A stretch of 47,586 nt of DNA from assembly GCF_000485595.1 (NCBI RefSeq), contig NW_014577062.1, positions 439,477 to 487,062 on the forward strand, read 5' to 3'. The stretch comes from Priapulus caudatus. Taxonomy: Eukaryota. This document shows positions 24,735 to 38,193 of this stretch, in pieces (within the stretch, counting starts at the first letter, position 1; the number at the start of each line of letters is the position of its first letter). The notes under the pieces were generated by a model. It did no database searches. It worked only from the letters and a program-made list of their open reading frames with translations, and had not been told where the DNA came from. The translations under genes were made by a program, and so were the position numbers.

Positions 24735-27160
24735 CGTTAACGATAATTAAGTTATCGATAAGTACACCAAAATTTCTTTCGATAGACATCGACATTAACT
24801 GACTTGCTTTAGCCTGCAGACGCGATCATCTTGAACGAACTACGTCCTAACGGCTTGAAAAAGCACAAGGTTAATCGCTTCTTCCCAGGGCAACAATAAT
24901 GGCTGCGTGAATGCGTTGCTGGCATCTTAGTATCTGCATAAAAATCTTAGTTCGAACAATCCTGGACGTCAGTTTACGTTTTTTGCATATGGTCGTTTTA
25001 TTTGTCATGAATGGGCGCCGTTAGTAGATGGCGCTAGTGTACTTCTTAATGTTTATTAAACGCGTATGATTATGTGAGGAACGTTGGCTAATTTAAGAAA
25101 ATATTGTAAGACTGATCGCTATACAGCAGTAGCCTATGCGGTATATGGCAGGCGCTGAAAGCATAATATAATATATAAGGATTACTGTGGCTAATATTGC
25201 ACACACACGGCAGCCACGTAGGTAGGAAGGGTGCGAGCTGTCATGGCGTCAACTTCATTATCGGCAGGCATGGGCTGCAACCGTGGTCGATAGCTTCACT
25301 ATTTAAAACATAGTGTCTTGTTTGTTATTCTTCGTGCGCTGTATAGCCGACCGCGATGCGCATGCGAACCAGCGCGCTAACATTTGTACATACTCACACT
25401 TCACGTCGCCTTGCGCAAATAAGAAAATTGCTAGTTGCACGGGCATGACTGGCGACGCGTTGCAATCTTTTCGAGTTAAAAATTTTAGATGGCAGCAAAC
25501 ACGTCGTGCCCCAGCGAGCAGGGCACGAGATAAGCTCTCAGCGAATATCACTGCGCGTACGCGTGGCAAGTCGGCGAGTCGTTCGTCATCTAAAGGGGCC
25601 ATCTATTGGGGTCGTCAATGCTAGGGCAGGGGCCATCTATTGGGGGTCGTCATCTAACAGGGACCAATCTATTGAAGGTCGCATCTAACAGTGGGACCAT
25701 CTATGGGAGTCGTCATCCCTAAGCAGGGGCCTCTAATTGGGGGTGTAATCTAACAGGGCCTCTTTGGGGTCGTCATCTAACGGGACGCATCTATTAAGGG
25801 TCGTCATCGGTAACAGGGGCCATCTATTGGGGGTCGTCATCTAGCAGGGGCGCCATCATTGGAGGTGTCATCTAGCAGGGCCATCTATTGGGGTCGTCAT
25901 CTAGCAGGGGCCATCTATTGGGGGTCATCATCCTAACGGGGCCATCTATTGGGGGTCGTCCATTCTAACCGTGACAATTTATTGGGGGTCGTCATCTACA
26001 GGGACCTCTATTGGGGTCGTCCCATCTAGCAGGGGCCACTCTATTGGGGGTCATCAAATCTAACAGGGGCCGATCTATTGGGGGTCGTCCATCTAGGCAA
26101 GGGCCATCTATTGGGTCATCATCTAACAGGGGGCCATCTATTGGGGTCGTCATCTAGTAGGGGCCTGTATTGGAGGTCGTCATCTAGCAGGGGCATCTAT
26201 TGGGGGTCGTCATCTAGTAGGGCATTCTATTGGGGGTCGTCATCTTTAGCGAGGCCATCTATTGGGGGTCGGTCAATCTAGGCTAGGGGCCCATCTATGT
26301 GGGAAGGCGTCCATCTAGCAGGGACATCTATTGGGGGGGCGTCATCTAACAGGGACCCTCTATTGGGAGTCATCATCTAACAGCGGCCCTCTATTGGGGG
26401 TTCCGTCATCTAGCAGAGGCATGCTTTTAGGGGTCGCGTCCATGCTAGCAGGGAACGCAATCTTTGTGGGTGCGATCTAGGCGAGAGGCATCTATTAGGA
26501 GGCGTCATCTAGCGGGAGCATCTATTGGGGTCGTCATCTAGCAGGGACTATCTATTGGGGTCGTCATCTCGCAGGGACGCATCTATTGGGGTCGCTCATC
26601 TAGCGGGACCTCTAATTTGGTCATCTACAGGAGTCAATCTCTGGGGGTGCGTCATCTAGGCAGGACCATCTATTCGGGGGTCGTCCATCTAGCAGGGCCA
26701 TGCTCTTGGAGGAGCGTCATCTCGGCAGGAGCCATCTATTAAGTGTCGTCATCTAGCAGGGACCATCTATTGGGGTGCGTGCATCTAGGTCAGGGACTAT
26801 GCTGATTGGGGTCGTCATCTATTAGGGTGCATCTTATTGGGGGTCGTCATCTAGCAGGGACTATTCTATTGGGGTCGTCATCTAGGCAGCGGAGACTCTC
26901 TATTGGGTCGTCATCTAGGCAGGGGTCGATCTATTGGGGGTCGTCATCTAGCAGAGGACCATCTATTGGGGTCGTCATCCTAGCAGGGACTATCTTTGGG
27001 GTCGTCATCTAGCAGGGGTCATTCTCCTAGGAGGTGTCATCTAGGCAGGGACCATCTATTGGGATCCGTCATCTAGCAGGGACTATCTATTGGGGCCGTC
27101 ATCTAGCAGGGGTCATCTATTGGGGTACGTCATCTAGCAGGGACCATCTATTGGGGTCGT
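24735..27160 (-). repeat. Composite repeat copy 2 (inverted): tail 24735-25590 + ~50 units of the 31-bp array
   Basis: 24735-25590 is the reverse complement of 28905-29733; 25590-27160 is (GGGGCCATCTATTGGGGGTCGTCATCTAGCA)n with indels. Confidence 0.92.
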
Positions 27161-27176
27161 CCACTTCTATGCAGGG

Positions 27177-27287
<111 letters not shown>

Positions 27288-27623
27288 GCTTAACTCGCTG
27301 CGTCTGCAGCAACGATCGTTGCTAAGCAGCGGCACATCTGCTGCTTCACAACACCGACTGATTGATTGATGGTGCCGCAGTACAAATACCCACGATGTTC
27401 AACTATAGTGTTGTTCCCTGATGTATGTTCAGCCCGGAAAACGTAGACGTTCACTGGGTGTTGTTCTCTGAGTTCAGACTGGAGAATTTGCTGTTCATTG
27501 AGTGTTTTTCCTTGTGTTTATACCGGAAACCACCACCACCACCACCCCACCCAACCAATTGTTGTAGTGCGTATAGAGACAGGCGATCAGTGTTCATTAT
27601 ATGTTATATATATATATATATAT

Positions 27624-27663
27624 CAGGAGTAGATAAAGGGAGATTACCCTTTATCTACTCCTG
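27624..27663. repeat. Perfect 17-bp inverted repeat embedded in (TA)n
   Basis: CAGGAGTAGATAAAGGG-AGATTA-CCCTTTATCTACTCCTG flanked by TA runs. Confidence 0.95.
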
Positions 27664-28759
27664 ATATATATATATATATGACTATTGACTACTACATTAC
27701 ATGAGTTAGCTCGTAGCGCTTAAGCATCGTCACACGCGCATGCATGAACTTTCGCGTACTTGCAATTACCTAGGCATGGGTGTGCGTGGAACGTTCGTTG
27801 ATGAGTAGGAGCTATGAGACCCCTGTAAAGTGATGAATATGGCGGAGATAGTACTATATATTGCAGAGATTAGAAGCATAAAACATTATATTAACCATGA
27901 ACTATATAATGTTTCCTATAACTATTGCGAAAGTAATTTGATATGTGGCCCAGTGATTGCATGAATCTGCTTACGTGGAGCACGTGGAATGACGGCCATA
28001 AGGTCAATTTCATTACATTATTACGCTAAAACTTTTTACAGCATCCTGTTGTATGTACATGAGAAAGAAACAGTACTTAAGCTTCCAAGAGTTTCACTTG
28101 AGATTTTAATTAGTGAATTTCATAATGAAAACGTAGTGTTGGCTTCACTCTATCATATTGCTATGCATTGATTAATTTATATGGATTTTTGAGACAATAT
28201 CTAAAATTAGTCTATGCGACCCTATTCCACGTGAGCATATATTCAAAATAGACTTATATATATATTCTATACAAGGTTAGTTCATGTAAGCTTATATCGA
28301 ACGAAGCTGATCCGTACAATGTTATCCACAAAAACCTATTCCATGTATTACATATCAGTAGGCATAATTTGGTTGGTGAATTCCGATCAATCTTATGCAC
28401 GCGTTCATGCATTAATTAATTAATTAATTGGTGTTGGTCAGATGGCTCGAATGAAGCAGACGAGACTACGTAGTCCACCGTATACCACGCCGGGGGCACA
28501 GAACAAGCAATGCACCCCCTAGACATCGCACACACAGACTATATATATATATATGTATAGCCTGCTCACAACCCACGCATCACCGCGCATTGCGCGCTTC
28601 TAACAATTCCTCTTGAAGATGACTGATAGACGCCACGTCAGGCGCTACATATTGTGTTTTGCCTGAATACCGGCGGTGTTGAATGTTTGAAGATTGTTTT
28701 TAGAAAAGTAAAAACTAGTGATTCCAATTAGCTATTGCACTAGCACGCCACAATATATA

Positions 28760-29733
28760 CAATAGATGGTCCCTGTTAGATGACGACCCCCAATAGATGG
28801 CCCCTGCTAGATGACGACCCCCAATAGATGGCCCCTGTTAGATGACGACCCCCAATAGATGGCCCCTGCTAGATGACGACCCCCAATAGATGGCCCCTGT
28901 TAGATGACGAACGACTCGCGATGCACGCGTACGCGCAGTGATATTCGCTGAGAGCTTATCTCGTGCCTGCTCGCTGGGGGCACTACGTGATTTTGCTGCC
29001 ATCTAAATTTTAACTCGAAAAGATTGAACGCGTCGCCAGTCATGCGCCGTAATCAACTAGCAAATTTTCTTATTTGCGCAGCGACGTGAAAGTGTGAGTA
29101 TGTACAAATGTTAGGCTGGCTCGCATGCGCATCGCGGTGTCGGCTATACATGCGCACGAAGAATACAAACAAGACACTATGTTTAAATAGTGAAGCTATC
29201 GACCACGGTTGCAGCCATGCTGCGATAATGAAGTTGACGCCATGACAGTCGCAACCCTTTCCTACCTCGTGGCTGCCGTGTGTGTCAATATTAGCACAGT
29301 TAATCATTATATATTATATTATGCTTTCAGCGCTGCCATATACCGCATAGGCTACTGCTGGTATACGATCAGTCTACAATATTTTCTTAAATTAGCCAAC
29401 GTTCCTCACATAATCATTACGCGTTTAATAACCATTAAGAAGTACACTAGCGCCATCTACTAACGGCGCCATTATCACAATAAAACGACGATATGCACAT
29501 GTAAACCGACGTCCAAGGTATTGTTCGAACTAAGATTTTTATGCAGATACTAAGATGCAGCAACGCATTCACGAGCATTATTGTTGCTGTAAGAAGGATT
29601 AACCTTGTGCTTTTTCAAGGTTAGACGTATTTCGTTCAAGGTGGTCGCGTCTGCAGGCTAAGCAAGTCAGTATGTGATTGTCTATCGAAAGAAATTGTTG
29701 GTGTTACTTATCGATACTTATATATCTGTTAAC
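28760..29733 (+). repeat. Composite repeat copy 3: five clean 31-bp units + ~830-bp tail
   Basis: AATAGATGG recurs at 28761, 28792, 28823 etc. (period 31); tail ends ..TATCTGTTAAC. Confidence 0.92.
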
Positions 29734-30954
29734 GTGAGATTACTACAGTAAGCCGCAAAAGCCCAACGGTGTCTCAATTAAAATAATGGGAGCAACGATG
29801 CGTTCAACACAAAAATTAAATAATTGGGAGTTTCTCACAAACTCTAGCAATACACAATGTAGAGAACAAACGCTAACCAGCTTAAGAGATTCGTGGAATC
29901 GCCGCAATGTTGCCGACCCATACGTTAAGCCATAACGTAGTCAAGTTTCCTTGAAGTCTCACCAAGTTCCGGAATAATCTGTATAAATAGGATCTATTCG
30001 TAATATAATCGTATCTGGCGAATTGCTGTAAGAGGTGTCATGTGGATTAATAGTAATATTTGTCCTTTCGTAGATCAGCTCAGATTTTCAGAAAGTTCTC
30101 GAACTTCACAATAGAGATAGGATTATAGTGTATCTATTATATATATATATATATATTTATAGTATAGTGATATTGTAAAACGGTGCGTGTGAAAATATAC
30201 GCAGCATCTACTAGTCTGTTTATGCTGTAATTGTAATTTATGACAATATATCGGTTATTCTGTCTGTGTCTGCGTGCCTGAAGCGATCGTAGTGGGCAAC
30301 TGAGGTTGAGTTGTCGAGTTGTCTCTCGTTCAGATTCAATATCCAATGCATGCAGGGCGATTAGCCACAGTTCGAGGAAGGGAAATTACTAGTTATAATC
30401 ATAACCGCAGTCTTCACCCTGACAAATAATTCCTGTACAACTTTCATTGCAAACCTTATCTGAAGCATTTCGATATGATGTGGGAAGTTTTATCGAGAGA
30501 CAGTGACCCCGAGAAAAATTTAATAAATTTTCAGTTGCAGTATGCTTATAATTTTCGAGATACAGTTCATGTAGGTACAATGTCTGCCTTGTAGTATTAA
30601 ACCTACTTAAATGACACTATAAATAGTCCATTATTGTAAAGATTATCTGAATCATTCGAGAAGAACAGGGCTGCTGTTACAAAGATTCTAATAGCTTCAC
30701 ATGCATATAGTTTCTTAATAGCTGCGACGTTTCACGTTTTAATTCACATTAAATGTTAATTCGAAAGTGCGAAGCTGCAGCAAGAAAAGTCGGTTCGAAC
30801 ATCACACATACGCACATTTCATTATTTCCTACCGTATTAAAAATTTGGAGTAATCCTTTCATGTAATCACACTTTCAACGTACAAAGCATGATAGAGTGC
30901 GAGAGAAAGTTACGCATGCACACGCATGCGCGGACTACACTCACACACATAAAC

Positions 30955-30968
30955 GCGCGCGCGCGCGC

Positions 30969-31015
<47 letters not shown>

Positions 31016-31100
31016 TAGAATCAACACTGACGNNNNNNNNNNNNNNNNNNNNNNNNNCGTGTGTGCGTGCGTGCGTGCGTGCGAGCGTGCGTGCAGGCAT
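30955..31100. repeat. (GC)n/(CA)n and (GCGT)n microsatellites around a second 25-N gap (31033-31057)
   Basis: Direct inspection. Confidence 0.95.
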
Positions 31101-32092
31101 GCGTGTGTGCGTGCGTGCGTATTATTTTATGGCGCGCGGAGAACTTACTTATATATTAGCATGAATTTTCTGTATGTCATGCGCGAGCTGCATATTTGGA
31201 GCTGCACGTTCGCGCCGCACGCAAGGCTAATTCCCCGTCATCACGCCATGACATTCACAATACCGCTTGCGTTCCTCAGCGCCTACGTACTCTTTCTCAT
31301 ATTGAATTTCTTTCTTATTATTTCAGTTAAATAGAACATATTTCAGCACATGATGGCTGTCATGTGCGCTGCTGCGTTCTCTCTTGCTTGCGCCGAGATC
31401 GTATTTCGGTGTGTGTACAATGCTCGCTGCAGAAACTCGCCGATACCAGAGGTTCGTAGACTGCGTGACTTATTCTGCCTGTGGCGTAAGCTAGGCGCCG
31501 TGTTTCTGACGTGTACATAGAAGTACAGTCGCCGGAAACCCGCGCGTTGATGCGTGCTTCCCGTGGGGCACGCATCACAATCTTTGCTCACAGCATTCGC
31601 CGTCGAGTGCAATCATAAGAGTATACGTGGCTGGAGAAATGTTGCTGTTTGTGTCGCTGTCTCGGTGGAATTAATCGCACGCTTTCTCCTCCTCTCAACA
31701 TCCCCACAGCATCACCCTTGCCATCACTTCTCCTCTCTTCATCCACATCACGCTCTCGATCCTCTTTTTCGCCTTCCTTTTTTATTTTTGACTCTACCAT
31801 GCTGTCGTACTATGGCTCGCTCGTTTACATGCTCCTCCCTATTTTTATTGTCAACACTGTAACACTCTCTTTCTCATTTTCCATGTGGCTCTCGCTATTT
31901 GACTCTCGGTTGGTTTTTTGGTTCGGACTCTTTCTCTCTCTCCGGGTTCTCCCCTTTTCATCGCTATCTCGCGCACACAACCTTTCTTTGCCGCTCGAGC
32001 GCATATCGATTATTTCTGCTTCTTCCGCCCACCCTCCCCGCTATCCTTTCTCCACATCACTGGCATGCTCGCTCAAACCAAGATTATGCGCA

Positions 32093-32094
<2 letters not shown>

Positions 32095-32139
<45 letters not shown>

Positions 32140-32410
32140 CGAGAAAGAAGCAGAGAGAGAGAGAAGACCGCGAGAGAAGAGAGAAGAGAGAGAAATGAGA
32201 GGACGAAAGAGAGGCGAGCGGCGGAGAGAGAGGAGAGGAATGACTGAGGAGAGATGATGATGATGAGTGCGCGAGGAAAGAGAGAGAGAGGAGAGAAGAG
32301 AGGAGAGAGAGAGAGAAGACGATGGGCGAGAGAGTGAGAGAGAGGAGAGCGAGAGAGAGAAGGAGAGAGAAGAGAGAGAGCTGAGGGAGAGAGAGAGATA
32401 GAGGAGAGCA
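32095..32410 (+). repeat. Degenerate (GA)n tract
   Basis: Direct inspection. Confidence 0.93.
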
Positions 32411-35400
32411 AAGACAAAAATTAGTTACGTCGTAAACAATTAATAAGCAAATATGCTTTAGAGACAAGTAAGGTGGACCGATCGCTCCGACGTCGTTGCA
32501 ACCGCCCCAGGACAGATTGCACCCGGCCGCATAACGGGCGATGTATCGCCAGGGCGGTTATGTTTGCGTAACACAGCTATCATGTTTGCTGGCTTTGGCT
32601 ATTGGATATGACATATCGGCGAGTATTCTAAGAGAAGACTGCATAAGACGCACCTGACGCCTGGCGAGAGTCTACGTTGCCGAAAGCGAAAGGTAGACGC
32701 GCCGTTGAAATGAATGACTGAGATATTGCGGAAGAACGGGGACAATCGAATGTTCCACCAAAGCTATCGTATCCGCTGCGGCAAATGTGCAGCAACGAGA
32801 AGCGCAGCTAAGCGTTCAGTAGGCGCGTACGCCCGGTTGCCTCATCAGACGCGAGCAAATTTAGTCGCATCGCCATTCACGAAGCGGCGTTTTTATCTCT
32901 CCCGGCGATTACCGATGATTGTCGGCTTGATTTTCGTCCGTCGCTGGCTCTCGGTGACGGCGCTTCAGAGTTTATTTTACATCATGCCGTCGTTACGCGT
33001 CGATCCTAGCTCTTTTGTTAACAGTTCTAACGATTATTACATCGTTTCATTTTACGTTTCGCCATGCAAACTCTGGTAGTCGAGACTGTGGGATGCCAGC
33101 ACGGCCAGCTTTCTTGCGGTGTTCGTGCATATACCGTGCCATATTCGCGGCGTGATAGGTTGATCTCAGACACGGCATCCCCAACTTCGTGCGGTGGCAT
33201 ATTAACACGAATAGGCCGCAGCGCTCGGAAATATTTACGACAAAACGACACCACACATAAACGCACCGACACGCACGCGACGGCAAGAATGCACTCACAC
33301 ACACACCACACAGCAACAACAACATACAAACACACACACACACACACACACGCACCAATGAATCGCAAACGGTGGTCAATGCATTAGGAACAATGCCACT
33401 TCTACGACAAACGACCTATTGTCTATGGTATTTGAGCTATCTTTTATTAATATATGTTACGATCACGGATCGTGGTGGTCTTCTGACCACCCGGTGCATT
33501 ATTTAGCGACGTGCAAGAGCGTGTAATGCGGTCTGCTGGTCGCCTATTCTACTGACAGACTGAAAGGCGGACCGGCGTGGAGCGCTACGCAGGTATGTCA
33601 TTAATAAACAATCGCATACCTGGTTCGGGTGCAAGGGTTCTCTCGAGGGCGTGTGACGCACTTAGCGCGACATCGTCGTTCGCCATTGCGATGGGCGATG
33701 ACGCAAGGGGTGATGCAATATAAACACGAAGAGAGAAAATCTAATGAATCCCGTCGACAATCATGGCACCGCATGATGATAGGACAGGCAGACCCCCCTC
33801 CTCCCTACGCGGAGGGATGAGACGAGTGTACACTGCTGCAATGCCATCGACTGCGGGCGCTGGGCATACATAGCAATACGCCCCTTCCTTTCAGAGGAAG
33901 GCAGTTATTGCCTACGGACGAGGTGCAATGCAACGCGTGACTGTTTGCCTCTAAATTCCAGCTGAGCGATTAATTTACGACCAATAAGTTGCACAGCGGC
34001 GAATTCAGTCATCCCCAGGAGGCTGGCCAAACGTACGTTTCCTGCCAATGCAGAGAATGAGCGGGCTGTGGGTCGACGAGGCAGGGTCGACGACAGCTAC
34101 CGAGACTGCGAATGATGCTGAGGTGGTCGAAGATGTGGAGGCTGCGTGGAGGATGCGGAGATTGTTAGACGTGAATGAGGCCGTCGAAGAGATGTTAGAC
34201 ATGTGGCGGCCGTGGAGGGTGCCGAGGTTTCGGAGGCTGTGAATGCTGCAGGGGAGGGGTGCTAGGTATGCGGAGTGCTTCTCTTCGTGCCAATCAATAC
34301 GCGAGTGGAAACGTCGCTGTTATTAGCCGGCTGTGCTCTCGCGAGGGTGGCGAGCAAATATGTACAATCACAATCCACTCGGCTGTTAGTTATAACATGT
34401 ACAATCTATCCACGCCCCATGTCCGAGACTCCACCCCACCTACCGTCCAAGCAAAGCTGGAAAATAACGCGCACAGCCTACTACTTACACTATACTATAA
34501 CAGTCATATGAGTTACACACGTGACTGCCTTACATCGCCTCTAGAGTCAAAGTAGGTACATACGAAATTGACTTAGTCTGGCACTTAAGTCACATGAGTC
34601 ATATTCGGAGATGACTGACACCGTTACACCTGGAGCTACTATAGAATGGTGTGTTAAAGTCAGTATTCCGAGTATTTTCGCAAACCACTCTCATATTTTC
34701 ACGACTGTTGCAAATTACAGTATTGCTTGCCTAACGATTAGTGTCACTCGTACATCACTCGTTGATCGTTATTTTAACAGATATATCCAATGTTTGAAAT
34801 TTGATTTAACTTTGCTTCTTGTTTATGTAATGTGACTCTCGCATTATGCGAGAAAATCTTACAGACTAGCACCCTGTCTCCATACTTTGTGAATAGTATC
34901 TGTGTTGCCTTTGTTTATATGTGTTGACGAGGTACCAGTCCAGAGCCACATGTGTTACAGAAACAGATTCACCGTAGGGATACATGTGGTATCATTTACA
35001 AATTTATTGTCACGACAATGAAAATGCGACCGCGTTGTTACATACTAAACTACTATTTTATATACTATAAAAGTCTAAACTCTAATTAATTTTCAAGTTG
35101 GCGTAATACGTAGCATATCCGCCAATAGATTGTTTTCAGTTTTGTACGTATATCTGAAAAAATCCTGTAATGGCAAATCCTCTATTCCACCTGTTCTCTG
35201 TCACAGTACTTTCGCCATCGTACGTTATAAATGTCGTCTTGCATAATACCGTATCCCCTTTAATAGGAATATGAATATGCCTTCTCAGTTAATGGTACTG
35301 ACCCAATATTGTAATATGTTGTCAAACAGTGTTTCAAACAGCTGTCATTCTCTTGCAGTCTTGGTGAAGATTGGGTTTCGAGTTCTCTTTAAACAAATAT

Positions 35401-35972
35401 AGACTTGACAGTCTCGTTTTATAGTTTTAAACGTCACGTTCCCGTAAAATGCAGCTGGTTGTTTAATTGCATTTTCCAGTGATTTATTGCCCAAATGTGC
35501 TGCGCGTTTCTTGGGAACGCTGTCTGCAATGAGAGGTAAGAGATGATCGAGTTTACCACTACGATATTATATTTTTATATAAAAACAGCAGTTGTCGTAT
35601 TCGGGATTGCACAAATAAGCATGAAGGAGTGTAAAATGTGAGTGAAGAAGCGGTTGGTTTGCAATGAAAGTGTATTACTGGCATATATACGCATGTGCGT
35701 CAGCCAACCCCCTCCAAACATTATAGTTATAGGACTAGACGCACGATCGTTCAATGATTTTTCACGGCGAGGTGGCTTGTTAAAAAAAGGAAGAAGCGCT
35801 TACATATGGTATTACGCAGCGGAAATGTAACTAATTAAAAAAAAATTATGTGATGTACAGTGGGACAAAATGGCGTTTCGTGGAAAGAGATGAGATAGGC
35901 CTACATTACGCACAGTAGCGCATATATATATACGGTGTTTATGCAGATTGATCAGTACATTGTCGTTTCGTG

Positions 35973-35993
35973 TTCCTTAACCTGATCCCTCAC
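35973..35993 (+). promoter_or_regulatory. U12-type branch site and AC 3' splice site (AT-AC intron end)
   Basis: TTCCTTAAC at 35973-35981, branch A ~13 nt before the AC at 35992-35993; in-frame TGA at 35983-35985 and no AG between that stop and the exon. Confidence 0.9.
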
Positions 35994-36099
35994 GCCGTTC
36001 GAGTACGCCGTTCTGATGACCATCTTTGCCAACTGTGTGGTGCTAGCCCTCGAGGAACATCTACCGGAGGGAGACAAAACACCGCTGTCCATACAACTG
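35994..36099 (+). CDS. cac: Cav2 voltage-gated calcium channel alpha-1 (cacophony/CACNA1A-B-E orthologue), internal exon encoding domain I S1
   Basis: 106-bp exon; after 1 nt it reads [35 protein letters not shown], matching the Cav2 IS1 segment; GTACGT donor at 36100; AC acceptor with U12 branch site upstream. Confidence 0.95.
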
Positions 36100-36771
36100 G
36101 TACGTCTCGCCCTGAGTTGCTCTGGAACGTTCTCGCGCATGCGCGGTATACGCTCGCGCGCGTAATTAGCGTCGGTGGCGGAAACGATGACGATAGCAAT
36201 AAATGAGGCGAGGGCGCGAGTGATAAATGACTGAAGCGCGTAATGTCCGTTATCGCGCTGTTACCCCTTATCCGCTATCGTTGTTCTATCTCTGCTTTTC
36301 CTCCGCGTCGCCTATTATGAAACCAATTAGCAGGCCATAAAACTAATGTCTGTACTATACCCGGTGCAGTGGATCGACTCGTCCTGTTTTTAATGCTAAT
36401 AAAATTTACTTGAGCGCAAGTCACTCGGCTCGCGAATAACTTCTTTTCTGATCATCATCATATCTTCTTCCCTTTTATTTTACAATAAAACAGTTGCGGA
36501 CGCGTGGCATTTGGCTCTTACATTTCGGCGCTCACTATACGGAACTATTTGCAAAACAAAAATTCGCCAGCAGACGCACACTGGACTTCATCTGGCTAAT
36601 GCGCACACGCCGCCGACATTTTACGCAATCAATTTGTAATCGTGCTGTAAAGCTGTCACAGCCGCACTGTTAAAATATATTCGGGCATGTCATCGCGCGG
36701 CAGGCGCGCACTGGGACTGTGTTTAATCAGGGAACCTTTTAAGCAAATAGCTCACAGCGATGAGATGGCGA

Positions 36772-36815
<44 letters not shown>

Positions 36816-37249
36816 CGCGCGCGCACGTGCGCATGCGCTGCAGCCACAGCGCGCTGTTCTGTTTACTATCAACACTCGCCGCTATGCTCTCCCATACTCG
36901 CGCATGTTTGGGAATCTTCGATCGCGGATATTTGTTAGTACGCTGTGGCTAGTCAACCGCGTATCGCCGCTTACTACGTATCGGACGCCTTAACCAATTC
37001 TCATGCAGCATATATGTATATACTCGCTAGCTCTAAGCTGTAAAGGTTTTGTGGGAATTTTGTGTCGACAGAATCACGTCACGTCTGAATCAATAATAGA
37101 TACGGGAATTACAATCAAGACATCTCTCTCTCTCTCTCTCTCCATCTATATATACATACAGTCATTATTATATTCCCCTAGAGAAATAAAATCCATAATG
37201 GGAAAAATAATGTAAAAGAATAAAAAGGACGAAATAAAACAAATGAGAA

Positions 37250-37317
37250 ACAGAGAGAGAGAGAGAGAGAGACAGAGAGAGCGAGCGAGAGAGAGAGACA
37301 TCGAAAGAAAAAGACAG

Positions 37318-37353
<36 letters not shown>

Positions 37354-37387
37354 AGAGGGAGAAAGAGTGAGAGAGAGAGAGAGAAAA

Positions 37388-37457
<70 letters not shown>
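37250..37457 (+). repeat. (GA)n microsatellite in the Cav2 intron
   Basis: Direct inspection. Confidence 0.95.
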
Positions 37458-37461
<4 letters not shown>

Positions 37462-37624
37462 CGCAAGAGATAGCGTATATATAATTGATATTATAAATTA
37501 TTTCTCCTTATATTATATTGTATGAACGAGAGAGAAAACATTCGGCAATAATACTATTGCTTCATTAATATGGTTTAGTATGATATAAATGATATATCTA
37601 AGTATAGCTTTTTGTCTTTTACAG

Positions 37625-37764
37625 GAAAAAACCGAGATCTACTTTATAGCAATATTTTGTTCAGAAGCTGTGCTAAAAATCGTAGCATTAGGATTCATAG
37701 TCCACAAAGGATCCTACCTTCGAAACATTTGGAATATAATGGATTTCATAGTTGTAGTAGTAGG
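37625..37764 (+). CDS. cac: Cav2 alpha-1 exon encoding domain I S2-S3
   Basis: Polypyrimidine tract + ACAG acceptor, GTAAGT donor; 140 bp reading [46 protein letters not shown](G); phase 0 start joins in frame to the previous exon. Confidence 0.96.
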
Positions 37765-38052
37765 GTAAGTAAACACCTGCGTATACTGTTATACGTATTA
37801 CTTTCATACATATATGTATTTATCTACTTAGGCGTGCTTAACCTGTTGTATGCGAGACTCTTACAACGGATAATCACATACTCGTACGTGAATGCACGCA
37901 CACGCAGCTATGTTGAATCAACGTTATAAATCTCTTCATTCTCCGACACACTCCTCTGAGCCTCAGTGTCCTTCGCCATTTTTCCTCAATCCTCGTTTTA
38001 CTGATCAATCGCTCCTTGGCGTTCTCTCTTTTTCTCGTTCTCTCTATTGTCT

Positions 38053-38129
38053 ACACACACACGCGCACGCACGCACGCTCGCACGCACGCACGCATGCAC
38101 GCACGCACGCATACACACACGAACGCACG

Positions 38130-38190
<61 letters not shown>
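38053..38190 (+). repeat. (GCAC)n/(CA)n microsatellite
   Basis: Direct inspection. Confidence 0.95.

Positions 38191-38193
<3 letters not shown>

Noticed and set aside
24501..24795. Lys/Arg/Glu-rich and Phe-rich ORFs (similarly 31649-32467, 37146-37473, 45029-45649)
   Set aside because: Products of purine-only or dinucleotide tracts.
33990..34260. Acidic/Ala-rich 64-aa ORF as an exon or LTR-element piece
   Set aside because: No recognisable homology or convincing splice sites; looks like a degenerate G-rich repeat.
35970..36206. Track ORFs overlapping Cav2 exons (also 37612-37929)
   Set aside because: Wrong reading frame; the channel peptide is in another frame bounded by splice sites.
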